From NCBI GenBank assembly GCA_014859605.1, contig JACUTW010000003.1, positions 11,868 to 75,867 on the forward strand: a stretch of DNA of 64,000 nucleotides, given 5' to 3'. Positions 38,529-48,064 of this stretch are shown in pieces. Made by a program: the position numbers and the translations under genes. The notes under the pieces were generated by a model. It had not been told where the DNA came from, searched no databases, and saw only the letters and a list, made by a program, of their open reading frames with translations. How positions within the stretch are numbered: position 1 is the stretch's first letter; every line of letters begins with the position of its first letter. Source of the DNA: Desulfuromonadales bacterium. Lineage in GTDB: Bacteria; Desulfobacterota; Desulfuromonadia; Desulfuromonadales; UBA2197.

Positions 38529-40604
38529 TTGAGCGATTCTAATTCCTCCCGCGCGATCAAGGACTTTCTCGCTGAATCGGAAGAGATCCTTGAACAGCTC
38601 AATCTCGACCTGGTGACCCTTGGTGATGCTATTGAAACCGGCGGCGAGGTTGATCCGGGGGTGCTCAATACCATCTTCCGCGGTGCACATTCCTTTAAGG
38701 GCATCTCCGGGATGTTCGGCTTTGATGATCTGTGCGAGCTTTGTCATCACATGGAGAATCTCCTCGATAGTTTGCGCCTCGGCAAAGTGCAACTCTCCGA
38801 AAAGCTGGTTGAAACCCTCTTCTCCCTGTTGGAAGTCCTGACCCGTCTGGTGCACGGCAAGGCCGAATCCGAAGATTTTACCCTCGATATCACTCCCTGC
38901 ATCCAGCGGATCGATGCCATTCTGCACGGCGATGAGGCGTCGGCGCCGGCAATGGCCGCGCAGGGGATTGATCCGGCCATTCTCCGGGTATTGACAGAGT
39001 ACGAAGAGCATCGCCTGAACGAAAATATCAAGAACGGCAAGAATATTCTGCGGGTTGCGGTCAACTTCAGCCTGATGAGTTTTGATGTCGAGCTCGCGGC
39101 CCTGACCGATCAGCTCAAGCAGTACGGCGAAGTCCTCAGTACGTTGCCGTCGGCCGGGGATGTGCCTGGCCATATCGGTTTCCAGCTCCTGTTCGGGAGC
39201 CGCTGCAGCAGCGAAGAGCTTGCAGGTATTTTGCAGTCCGATGACTTGTCGGTCGTCTGCCTTTATTCGCCAGCTTTGGTTGTTGCCCCTCTCGGACTTC
39301 CGGCCACCCCGCTGCATTCCGCGCGCGCGGTTGCCGTCGAAGTCGAGGTCGTGGCCAATGAGGGGGAGGGGAATGAAGAAGAGCGCGCCGCTTCTTTGCG
39401 TTCTTTAAGTCGGACCGTGCGGGTTGATATCGACAAACTTGATAATTTGATGAATATTGTCGGCGAACTCGTCCTCTCCAAGAGCGCCATTACCGCCCTG
39501 GCCGTACAATTGAAGCAGCTGGCCGCAAATGATTTGACTGCAGAACTGCAAAAGGCGACGCGGGGATTGGAGCGCCGTCTCGAAGAGCTGCAGCAAGGGG
39601 TTATGGATGTGCGGATGGTGCCGATCTCGCAAATTTTCGATAAGATGGTGCGGATCATCCGGCGGGTCTCGAATGAACAGGGCAAAAGGATTGCCCTGGA
39701 TATCCGCGGCGCCGATACAGAGTTGGATAAGTTGATCGTCGAAGATTTGTCCGATCCGCTCATGCACCTGATTCGTAATGCTGTTGATCATGGTATTGAA
39801 CCAGCGGAAGAGCGTCTCGCTGTAGGAAAGCCTGAAAAAGGGACGATTACCCTCTGGGCGGCGCAAAAAGGGAATCATGTTGTCCTGGAGATCGGCGACG
39901 ACGGCCGCGGGATCGATGCGGATCGGGTGCGGAAGAAGGCGATTGAGCGGGGACTGATCGCTGCCGAGACCGAGTTGAGCCGGGAGGATGTTTACAATTT
40001 GATCTTTCTCCCCGGTTTCTCGACGCGGGATGAGGTGACCGATCTCTCGGGGCGCGGCGTCGGTATGGACGTCGTCAAGAATAATATTGCCGCCCTTTCC
40101 GGGGCGATTGAAATCGATAGCGAGTTCGGTCGCGGCACCTTGATGACGATCACCCTGCCGATTACTCTGGCCATTATCAAGGCCTTGATTGTGCGGGTCA
40201 GCGGTCGGAGTTATGCGATTCCCATCAACTCGGTGCTCGAAACACTGATGATCGATGCGACGGTAATCCGGACGATTGAGCGCCGTGAAGTGATGGAGTT
40301 GCGGCAGAAGACTTTGCCACTGCTGCGGTTGACGGATGTCTTTGCCCTCCCGGTCGAAGCGCTGCCAGGGAGTACCCGCTCCTTCGTTGTCGTCACCGGT
40401 ATGGCGGAAAAGCGCATCGGCATCATGGTCGACGAATTGATCGGTCAACAGGATGTCGTCATCAAATCGCTGGGGGCGACCCTTGCGTTTGTCCGCGGGA
40501 TTGCTGGCGCCGCTGATCTGGGCAATCAGAAAACGATCCTGGTTCTGGATGTCGGTGGCTTGATGAATGAAGCGTTGCGGGGAGAGATCGCGCTGCATGT
40601 ATGA
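38529..40604 (+). CDS. cheA: Chemotaxis histidine kinase CheA
   Basis: Hpt AHSFKGISGMFG; N-box HLIRNAVDHGIE; DDGRGID; GRGVGMDVV; C-terminal CheW-like domain. TTG start. Confidence 0.92.
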   Translation: MSDSNSSRAIKDFLAESEEILEQLNLDLVTLGDAIETGGEVDPGVLNTIFRGAHSFKGISGMFGFDDLCELCHHMENLLDSLRLGKVQLSEKLVETLFSLLEVLTRLVHGKAESEDFTLDITPCIQRIDAILHGDEASAPAMAAQGIDPAILRVLTEYEEHRLNENIKNGKNILRVAVNFSLMSFDVELAALTDQLKQYGEVLSTLPSAGDVPGHIGFQLLFGSRCSSEELAGILQSDDLSVVCLYSPALVVAPLGLPATPLHSARAVAVEVEVVANEGEGNEEERAASLRSLSRTVRVDIDKLDNLMNIVGELVLSKSAITALAVQLKQLAANDLTAELQKATRGLERRLEELQQGVMDVRMVPISQIFDKMVRIIRRVSNEQGKRIALDIRGADTELDKLIVEDLSDPLMHLIRNAVDHGIEPAEERLAVGKPEKGTITLWAAQKGNHVVLEIGDDGRGIDADRVRKKAIERGLIAAETELSREDVYNLIFLPGFSTRDEVTDLSGRGVGMDVVKNNIAALSGAIEIDSEFGRGTLMTITLPITLAIIKALIVRVSGRSYAIPINSVLETLMIDATVIRTIERREVMELRQKTLPLLRLTDVFALPVEALPGSTRSFVVVTGMAEKRIGIMVDELIGQQDVVIKSLGATLAFVRGIAGAADLGNQKTILVLDVGGLMNEALRGEIALHV

Positions 40605-41412
40605 AGCTTATTACGGCTTGCGAGACCGGCCATTCAGCAAAACTCCGGATCCGCGCTTCCTCTTTTTAAGCGGGACGCATCGGGAGGCGTTGGCGCGCCT
40701 GGTTCATGCCGTAGAAGAGCGGGATCTGATCCTTTTGACCGGCGACATCGGCTGCGGCAAGACCACCCTTTCCCGGGCGTTGATGGATGAACTCGGTGAA
40801 GAGTACAAAGTCCTTCTGCTGATCAATCCGCGCTTGACGCCGATCGAGTTTTTAAGGACCCTGGCCCTGCGCCTCGACATTGTTGCCCCTTCGCGTTTCA
40901 AGACCGATCTTCTCGAAGAGATTGGTCTGGCACTTTATACGGCTTATGAAAAGGGGGTCTGTCCGGTTCTGGTGATTGACGAAGCACAACTCGTCCCTTA
41001 CAAAGAGACTTTTGACGAAATCCGCCTTCTCACCAATTTTCAGCTGGATGACCGTAATCTCCTCAGCGTTGTTCTTATGGGGCAACCGGAGTTACGCCGT
41101 CGTTTGGCACATCATGCTTATGAACCGCTGCGCCAGCGGATTGGCATGCAATACGCACTCAAGCCGTTGTCGCTGGCCGAGACCGGGGATTATCTCGACT
41201 TTCGTTTAACGGTCGCAGGCGGTGAGCCGGGGCTATTTTTACCGCAAGCAGTGGAACTTCTGTACCGCTTCTCCGCCGGTGTCCCCCGGAGGATTAATCA
41301 CATTGCCTCTCTGGCGCTGCTGGAAGGATTTGGCCGTGAATCCCGGCGCATCGGTCCGGAGATCCTCGACGCCATTCTCAGTGAACTTAACCTTGTCGCG
41401 AAGAGCGGATGA
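40597..41412 (+). CDS. ExeA/MshM-like AAA (P-loop) ATPase
   Basis: YYGLRDRPFSKTPDPRFLF N-terminus typical of ExeA/GspA/MshM; Walker A GDIGCGKTT; Walker B VLVIDEAQ. 8-nt overlap with cheA. Confidence 0.75.
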   Translation: MYEAYYGLRDRPFSKTPDPRFLFLSGTHREALARLVHAVEERDLILLTGDIGCGKTTLSRALMDELGEEYKVLLLINPRLTPIEFLRTLALRLDIVAPSRFKTDLLEEIGLALYTAYEKGVCPVLVIDEAQLVPYKETFDEIRLLTNFQLDDRNLLSVVLMGQPELRRRLAHHAYEPLRQRIGMQYALKPLSLAETGDYLDFRLTVAGGEPGLFLPQAVELLYRFSAGVPRRINHIASLALLEGFGRESRRIGPEILDAILSELNLVAKSG

Positions 41413-41415
41413 TCG

Positions 41416-42183
41416 ATGAATATTGCCGAGATCAGAAAAAAAGCCCGGCAGGGTAAGGCTGAGCCGCAAGTTTCCGGGGAAGAAACTTTGAATGATGCCG
41501 TTTGTCCCCGGGCAGGAACAATCGTCGCCGAATCGTTGCCTAAAACAGAAAAAGAACCCTTTCCGGCGGTTGCGGTCCCGGTCCCTCCGGTTGCAGAAGT
41601 GGCGGCAGTCAATCCGGTCGGGTCGAAAGATCTTCTGACGGCCGGCGAAGATCGTCTTGACCAACTCTTCTCCTGGGTTCCGCAAGCAGAAGATCTTCTT
41701 CTGGAAGGGGGCGCAAGCGTCGCAGCTGGCGGGAAAAAGGTTGAAGCCATCTCCCGCCGTTGGCTGGCCTTTTCTCTTGGCAGCGAGGATTACGCCCTTG
41801 ACATCAGCATGATCCGCGAGATTCTTAAACCCCGGGAGATCACCGAAATTCCGCGGGTGCCGGATTTTCTCCTCGGGATTATTTCTCTGCGCGGCAACAT
41901 AATCCCGATCTTTGATCTCAAAAGGAGATTGGGGCTCGGAGAGGCGACGATTGATCAGGATTCACGGATTATCGTTTGTCAGGAAGGCGACCGTTTGGCC
42001 GGTCTGCTCATCGATCGGATCACGCAGGTAACATCCATTCAGGAAGAGGGGATTGAGCCGCCACCGGCGATCTTTTCCGGGCGCGATCGGGCATTGCTGG
42101 ACGGCGTCGGTCGCGTTCAGGGGAATGTGCTGATTTTGTTGAATGTAGCGAATGTCTTAACGATCGATTCTAATGGTTTGTGA
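41416..42183 (+). CDS. cheW: CheW-domain protein with about 100-aa N-terminal extension
   Basis: CheW core FSLGSEDYALDISMIREI ... GIISLRGNIIPIFDL, preceded by a low-complexity region. Confidence 0.85.
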   Translation: MNIAEIRKKARQGKAEPQVSGEETLNDAVCPRAGTIVAESLPKTEKEPFPAVAVPVPPVAEVAAVNPVGSKDLLTAGEDRLDQLFSWVPQAEDLLLEGGASVAAGGKKVEAISRRWLAFSLGSEDYALDISMIREILKPREITEIPRVPDFLLGIISLRGNIIPIFDLKRRLGLGEATIDQDSRIIVCQEGDRLAGLLIDRITQVTSIQEEGIEPPPAIFSGRDRALLDGVGRVQGNVLILLNVANVLTIDSNGL

Positions 42184-42202
42184 GGAGAAAGGGGAGCATA
42201 GC

Positions 42203-42574
42203 ATGGCAAAACAGAAGATCATGGTGGTTGAAGACGAGGAAAGTCTGCTCAAGCTTGAAAGTATATTGCTGACCTCTCGCGGTTATCAGGTTTGCAGCAT
42301 GCGTAACGGGAAAGAAGCCCTGGAGTGCATTGATAACGAGAAGCCGGATTTGGTCCTTCTTGATGTCATGTTGCCGGAAGTCGACGGGTTTGAAGTCTGT
42401 CGCCAGATCAAGGCAAACCCCTTGACCAGTCATATCCCTGTGGTTCTTTTGACCGCGAAAAAGGGACGGGAAGACATGGCCCGAGGAGAAGAGGTTAAAG
42501 CCGATTGGTATATTACCAAGCCTTTTAAGTCAGCGATGGTAATTGAGACAATTCAGAGGTTTTTGAACCGATGA
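42203..42574 (+). CDS. Single-domain response regulator
   Basis: IMVVEDEE, LVLLDVMLPEVDG, LLTAK, ITKPF. GAGGAG RBS upstream. Confidence 0.9.
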   Translation: MAKQKIMVVEDEESLLKLESILLTSRGYQVCSMRNGKEALECIDNEKPDLVLLDVMLPEVDGFEVCRQIKANPLTSHIPVVLLTAKKGREDMARGEEVKADWYITKPFKSAMVIETIQRFLNR

Positions 42575-43113
42575 GCAGCCCCCTTCTCGCAGGTGACCAG
42601 CCGCAATCCAGTGAAAAGGTGCTGCGTACTGAGGTCAAGGTGGCGACGTTCCGTGTCGGCAGCGATTTTTATGCCATCGATATCCTGCGCATCAAGGAGA
42701 TTATCCGTCCGATTAAGGTGACCACGGTTCCGAATTCACCGCTCGCTATTGAGGGGGTCATCAACTTACGGGGGGCGGTGATTCCTGTGATCGATCTGCG
42801 TAAGCGCTTTGCGGTTGCGACAATTGTTGACGGTCGCGCGACCCGAATTGTCATCTGCCTGGTCTTTCGTCGTCTCTTTGCTCTGGTTGTCGACGAAGTT
42901 GTCGAAGTTCGCAGCTACGGGCGGGAGGAGTTGCAACCTGCCCCTAAATTTTTTCAAGGGCAGGAGACTGATATCTTTCTTGGTGTCGCCCATCGCGCCG
43001 ACGACCTCTTGATGATCCTTGATCTCGAACGTTTTTTGTCCTTGTCACGCATGGCCGAGTTTATTCCCCCTTCCAGCGCAGCAGAGGACCGTCCTGCTAT
43101 CTCCCTGTTATAG
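42571..43113 (+). CDS. cheW: CheW coupling protein
   Basis: FRVGSDFYAIDILRIKEI ... GVINLRGAVIPVIDL. ATGA overlap with the upstream REC gene. Confidence 0.9.
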   Translation: MSSPLLAGDQPQSSEKVLRTEVKVATFRVGSDFYAIDILRIKEIIRPIKVTTVPNSPLAIEGVINLRGAVIPVIDLRKRFAVATIVDGRATRIVICLVFRRLFALVVDEVVEVRSYGREELQPAPKFFQGQETDIFLGVAHRADDLLMILDLERFLSLSRMAEFIPPSSAAEDRPAISLL

Positions 43114-43128
43114 GTCATTGAGGGTTTC

Positions 43129-44019
43129 ATGATCATCAGTTGTCAACATTGCGGAAAACGTGCTCGTATCGATGCCGGCAAGTATGCGGGAAAGCGAGTC
43201 AAGATGCGCTGCAGTCAATGCAGCGAAATTTTTGTCGTGGAGGTCCCGCTTCGGGCCGCTGCCCCTGCCGCTGCGGCATTACAGGTTCTCATTGCGCACA
43301 GTGATCCGGTTCTTTGTGATACCGTCGGGACGATTCTGAGCAGTCATGACTTCTCCTGGAAGGCGTGTCACGATGGTGAAGCCGCCCTGGAGTTGTTGGA
43401 TCGCGACGCCCCGCAAGTTGTCATTGTCGACGTTGCCCTGCCGGGATTGTTTGCCTTTGAAGTGGTTGATAAGATCCGCAATCGACCCGGTCTGGCCAGC
43501 GTCAAGATCATGCTGTTGAGTTCGGTTTATAATAAAATGGCTTATAAACGCCGGCCGACAACGCTTTATGGCGCCGATGATTATATCGAAAAGCACCACA
43601 TCCCGATCGACCTGATCACGAAAATTCATAAGTTGCTGGCGAGCAGTCAGCCTGCGCTGAACCGGGCGGCGACGGCTCCGGAAGGGATGCCGACTCTTCG
43701 CGAAATTGATGAAGTTCAAGGGCGTTTGCAGCGCGCCGAAGAATCGGAGGGGATCATCGCCCCCAGCGCACATGCAGAGTTGGAGAAGGCACGGCGCCTG
43801 GCAAGGATTATCGCCTCGGATATCGCTTTGTACGATGAAGCCAGGATAACAGAAGGGATTCGTTCCGGGACCTTCTTTGAACTCTTCGCCGCTGAGATTG
43901 CCGAGGGGCGTCAGCACTTTCTCGGACGAATCCCCGAAAGTCTTCCACATCGTAGTGCGATTCTTGATGACGCCTTTAACGAACTCATCGAGCATTTCCG
44001 CCGCGAAAATCATTTGTAA
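43129..44019 (+). CDS. Zinc-ribbon (MJ0042-type) + receiver domain protein with helical C-terminal region
   Basis: CQHCGK ... CSQCSEIF zinc ribbon, then REC-like VLIAHSD ... VVIVDVALPG ... KIMLLSS. Confidence 0.65.
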   Translation: MIISCQHCGKRARIDAGKYAGKRVKMRCSQCSEIFVVEVPLRAAAPAAAALQVLIAHSDPVLCDTVGTILSSHDFSWKACHDGEAALELLDRDAPQVVIVDVALPGLFAFEVVDKIRNRPGLASVKIMLLSSVYNKMAYKRRPTTLYGADDYIEKHHIPIDLITKIHKLLASSQPALNRAATAPEGMPTLREIDEVQGRLQRAEESEGIIAPSAHAELEKARRLARIIASDIALYDEARITEGIRSGTFFELFAAEIAEGRQHFLGRIPESLPHRSAILDDAFNELIEHFRRENHL

Positions 44020-44039
44020 TCTGAAATGTTACGGAGTCA

Positions 44040-46055
44040 TTGCTTGTGAATCGTTACCAATTGATACAGGCAGCCCTTTTGTCGACAGACGAAGAGGTTC
44101 GTTTGAACGGTCTGCAAAGCCTTTACCGTTACGACGGCGAGGAGCGCATGGATCTTGTCTGTGCAGCGCTGGGAGACAGCAGTTGGCGCATTCGCAAGGA
44201 AGCGATCAATCTCTTCCTTGCCTTGCCCGGAGCGATTGTTTCTGCAGAGCGGATTGTTGCCCTCCTGTATGATGAAGAGAATGCCGGATTGCGGAATGCT
44301 GCAGCGGAAATCCTGATAAAACTCGGCCCGTCTGTTCTTCCGGTCTTGACCCGTGCCGCCGGGACTCCCGATCATGACGTTCGTAAGTTCATTCTCGATA
44401 TTATGGGCGATATCGGTGACCGGCAGGCGACACCGTTGTTATTGCACTTGCTGCAAAACGATGGTGAAATCAATGTCCGGGCTGCGGCTGCGGAAAACCT
44501 CGGAAAAATTGGCGATGCCAGTGCTGTGCCGGAGATGGTCAGCGCCCTGTCAGTCCCCGACCTCCTCGTGCAGTTTAGCCTTCTCGATGCCCTCGGCCGC
44601 ATTGGTTGCGCGATCCCTGTGGACGGTCTGGTCGGCCTTGGTGAAAATCGTTTGTTGCGCAAGCCCCTGTTCGATGCTTTGGGGCGGATTGGTGATGAAA
44701 CCGCGGTGGTTCCGCTCGTAGCCGGACTGCATGACCCGATGCGTAATGTCCGTGAAGCGGCGATTCTGGGGCTGCAGAGATTGCTGTCCCGCTGTGGTGA
44801 CAAGATTTTAGCCGGGCAGTTAGACGCAAACGCTCTGGAAGGGGTGGTCTCCTTGCTGGCGAGTCCGTCCCTGCCGGTCAAAAAAGCGGCCTTAGCCATT
44901 CTCGGCCGGTATTGTGATCCGGCCCGCGCCGTTCTTCTGGCGACTTATCTCGATGACGACCATCTTGCCGACGATGTTGCGGCGATTCTGGCGGCAAGGG
45001 GGCACGATGTTGTTGCCGGCCTCACCGTCTGCTGGGCCGGCGCATCCGACAGGAAAAAAGCCTACCTTGCCTATCTTTTTGGCAAGGTAGGGGTGACGCA
45101 TGCCGTTAACCTCCTTGTTGAAGAATTGAAAGGGGCGGATGATTTCCTCCGGACTATTTTGCTGCGCGCCCTTGGTCAGGTGGGAAGAACCGAGGAGATC
45201 GCCCTTTTGGCCGGTTATCTTGAAGTGCCGGAAGATGACGTCCGGCAGGCGGCGGTCGATGGCCTGGTGAATATCGCCGAACGCTTTCATGCTCCGGTCA
45301 TCGATCTGGTGCGCAACGCCTTTGCCCATGCTGAACCCGCGGTGCGTCAGGCCGCCCTGCAGGTGCTGGGGCGCCTTGGCGGAGTTGCCTCCGAGACGGT
45401 GTTGCTGCTGGCGATGAAGGATGAATCTGCCTTGGTCAGGCGTTCCGCCATTTATTACCTGGACGGGCGCAATCCCCCTCATCTTCCTGCCTTGACCCTG
45501 GCATTAACCGATGAGGAGAGCGACGTCAGGCGGCAGGCGGTAGAAGCTCTCGCGATGAGTGCCGAGCGCTCCCTGCTCGAACCGCTCAGCTTGATGCTGC
45601 AGGATGAAGATCCCTGGGTGCGTGCCACGGCCATCCGCGCTCTCGGTCGGATAGGCGGCGTCGAGGCTCTGGCCGTTATCCGCCGTGGTCTGCTTGACCC
45701 GGTCGGGTTAGTGACGATTGCCGTGCTCGAAACTTTGATGGAAGAGAGTCTTCCCTTTGACCCCCGGGAGATGCTCGGCCATCTCGATCATGCCGACGAA
45801 GATGTCGTCCTGGCGCTCTTGAAGTTGTTGGCAACAGCATCTGATCCGCACTGGCTCGAAGAGTGCGGTGAGGCGTTGCTGGCCCACCCCTGTTGCCTGA
45901 TCCGGCAGCGGGTGGCAGAACTCCTTGGCCAGAGCGGAACCGTCCGGGGGCAGACCCTGCTGCAGCAGCGCTTGCAGCTTGAGGAGGAGGAGCTGGTTGT
46001 CGACGCCCTGCGCCAGGGATTGGCTTCTTGCGCCGCCGCCGGGGAGCGCAGCTAG
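44040..46055 (+). CDS. HEAT-repeat (PBS-lyase-like) protein, 671 aa
   Basis: More than 12 repeats of the form D..VR..A..ALG.IG....V..L. TTG 44040 or GTG 44046 start. Confidence 0.8.
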   Translation: MLVNRYQLIQAALLSTDEEVRLNGLQSLYRYDGEERMDLVCAALGDSSWRIRKEAINLFLALPGAIVSAERIVALLYDEENAGLRNAAAEILIKLGPSVLPVLTRAAGTPDHDVRKFILDIMGDIGDRQATPLLLHLLQNDGEINVRAAAAENLGKIGDASAVPEMVSALSVPDLLVQFSLLDALGRIGCAIPVDGLVGLGENRLLRKPLFDALGRIGDETAVVPLVAGLHDPMRNVREAAILGLQRLLSRCGDKILAGQLDANALEGVVSLLASPSLPVKKAALAILGRYCDPARAVLLATYLDDDHLADDVAAILAARGHDVVAGLTVCWAGASDRKKAYLAYLFGKVGVTHAVNLLVEELKGADDFLRTILLRALGQVGRTEEIALLAGYLEVPEDDVRQAAVDGLVNIAERFHAPVIDLVRNAFAHAEPAVRQAALQVLGRLGGVASETVLLLAMKDESALVRRSAIYYLDGRNPPHLPALTLALTDEESDVRRQAVEALAMSAERSLLEPLSLMLQDEDPWVRATAIRALGRIGGVEALAVIRRGLLDPVGLVTIAVLETLMEESLPFDPREMLGHLDHADEDVVLALLKLLATASDPHWLEECGEALLAHPCCLIRQRVAELLGQSGTVRGQTLLQQRLQLEEEELVVDALRQGLASCAAAGERS

Positions 46056-46937
46056 ATGCTCTTCTTTGCTCCGGATATTCCTCTGCCGGATGAAGAGTTC
46101 CGTTTGTTGCGGGACTTCGTCTACCAGCATTGCGGGCTATACTTCCACGAAGAGAACCGCTATCTTCTTGAGAAGCGGCTGTCCAAGCGCTTGCAGCAGC
46201 TACAGCTCAAAAATTTCAAGGATTATTATTATCTCCTTCGCTATAGTCCCCAGCGTGAAAATGAACTGACGGAAGTCGTCAATACCCTGACCACGAACGA
46301 GACCTATTTTTTTCGTGAAGACTTCCAGCTCAAAACCTTTGTCAAAGAGATCCTGCCGGAGATTCGGGCGCAAAAAGAGCGGGAAGGGGAACGGCGCCTG
46401 CGGATCTGGAGTGCGGGGTGTTCTTCCGGTGAAGAGCCTTATACCTTAGCCATGCTCATCCTCGACATGCCGGCCTTTCAGGGGTGGCAGATCGAAATCA
46501 TCGGCACGGACATCAGTCAAAGGGTTTTGAATCTGGCCCGCAAGGGGGTTTACGGGACATCCTCTTTCCGGACAACGGATGACGACTACCTGCGGCGCTT
46601 TTTTGTCGAATATGAAGGCAAATACAAGATCATCGATCGCGTTAAAAATCTGGTCACGATCAGCCATCTCAATCTCTTTGATACAACGAAAGTCTCTCTT
46701 CTCGGCAAGATGGATGTTGTCTTTTGTCGTAACGTCATTATCTATTTTGATGCGACCGGAAAAAAACGGGTGATCGATACATTTTATCAACGTCTGCGAC
46801 CGGACGGTTTTTTACTCCTCGGCCACTCTGAGTCACTGATGAATATCTCGAATCAATTTGCTTTGCGCCACTTTGCCCACGACATGGTTTACCAGCGCCC
46901 CGCTTCCGCCCCGCCATTGGCATTGGGGAACCTATGA
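46056..46937 (+). CDS. cheR: Chemotaxis protein methyltransferase CheR
   Basis: TNETYFFRE, RIWSAGCSSGEEPYTLAM, VFCRNVIIYFD. Confidence 0.92.
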   Translation: MLFFAPDIPLPDEEFRLLRDFVYQHCGLYFHEENRYLLEKRLSKRLQQLQLKNFKDYYYLLRYSPQRENELTEVVNTLTTNETYFFREDFQLKTFVKEILPEIRAQKEREGERRLRIWSAGCSSGEEPYTLAMLILDMPAFQGWQIEIIGTDISQRVLNLARKGVYGTSSFRTTDDDYLRRFFVEYEGKYKIIDRVKNLVTISHLNLFDTTKVSLLGKMDVVFCRNVIIYFDATGKKRVIDTFYQRLRPDGFLLLGHSESLMNISNQFALRHFAHDMVYQRPASAPPLALGNL

Positions 46938-48004
46938 ATCCAGTTATCCGGGTCCTGGTCGTCGATGATTCCGCCTTTAACCGGCGGACCATTATAAAAA
47001 TGCTCGAAGCCGTCCCCGGCATCGAGGTCGTCGGTTATGCCTGTGACGGAGAAGAAGGACTGCGCAAGGTCTTTGATTTGCAGCCCGATCTGATCACCCT
47101 CGATTTGGAAATGCCGCGGATGGATGGCTTCACCTTTCTGCGCATCGTCATGGCTGGACGTCCGACCCCGGTGATTGTCATCTCGGCCCGCTCTGAGGAT
47201 GAAAACGTTTTTCGTGCCCTCGATTTCGGGGCTGTCGATTTTGTCGCCAAACCATCGGCACGGATCTCGCCAGAGCTCTTTAATATCCGGGAAGATTTGG
47301 TGCGCAAGGTCCTGTCCGGCGGCCGTACCGATATGACGAAGGTTCTGCAGCGGAATCGTCAGATTGAGACCGCGGCGCTCTTACCCCCGACAAGCCGCAA
47401 AGTTGAGGAGCTATCCCTAGGCAACAAGCCGGCAAAAGCTCTGGTCGTGATTGGTGCCTCCACGGGGGGACCCCCGGCGCTACAAACGATTTTTTCAGCG
47501 ATCCGGGAGCCTCTGTCGGTGGCGTTTGCCGTTGTTCAACATATGCCGCCGGGTTTCACCCGGGCCTTTGCCGAGCGGATGAATAAACTCTCGGGCTTAA
47601 CAATCAGCGAAGCGGCCGATGGAGATCTGGTTTTGCCGGGCAAGGTCTTTATTGCGCCGGGAGGGAAAAATCTGGTCTTTGAGCAGATAAAGCAGGAGGT
47701 GCGGATCCGGGTGGTCAATCCGCTGCCGGGACAGCGCTATATTCCCTCTGTCGATATCCTGTTTAATTCCGCAGCGGAAACTTTCGCCGCTAAAACGGTT
47801 GCTGTCGTCCTTACCGGGATGGGGAATGATGGTCATCAAGGGGTTATGGCTATTAAAAAAGCGGGAGGCACCGTGATTGCTGAATCGGAAGAGAGCAGTG
47901 TGGTCTTTGGTATGCCCAAGGAAGCGATTGCAACCGGTTGTGTTGACACGGTCGCTCCTCTGTCTTTGGTTTGTGGAGAAATCATCCGGAAAATCGGTTT
48001 GTAA
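46934..48004 (+). CDS. cheB: Protein-glutamate methylesterase CheB (REC + esterase)
   Basis: VLVVDDS ... DLEMPRMDG; GASTGGPPAL; HMPPGFT; GMGNDG. Confidence 0.92.
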   Translation: MNPVIRVLVVDDSAFNRRTIIKMLEAVPGIEVVGYACDGEEGLRKVFDLQPDLITLDLEMPRMDGFTFLRIVMAGRPTPVIVISARSEDENVFRALDFGAVDFVAKPSARISPELFNIREDLVRKVLSGGRTDMTKVLQRNRQIETAALLPPTSRKVEELSLGNKPAKALVVIGASTGGPPALQTIFSAIREPLSVAFAVVQHMPPGFTRAFAERMNKLSGLTISEAADGDLVLPGKVFIAPGGKNLVFEQIKQEVRIRVVNPLPGQRYIPSVDILFNSAAETFAAKTVAVVLTGMGNDGHQGVMAIKKAGGTVIAESEESSVVFGMPKEAIATGCVDTVAPLSLVCGEIIRKIGL

Positions 48005-48064
48005 GTTTGGTTTGTAAGTAAATACGCCAAAATTTCTTAAAAAGTTAAAGAAGGAGATCGCTTT

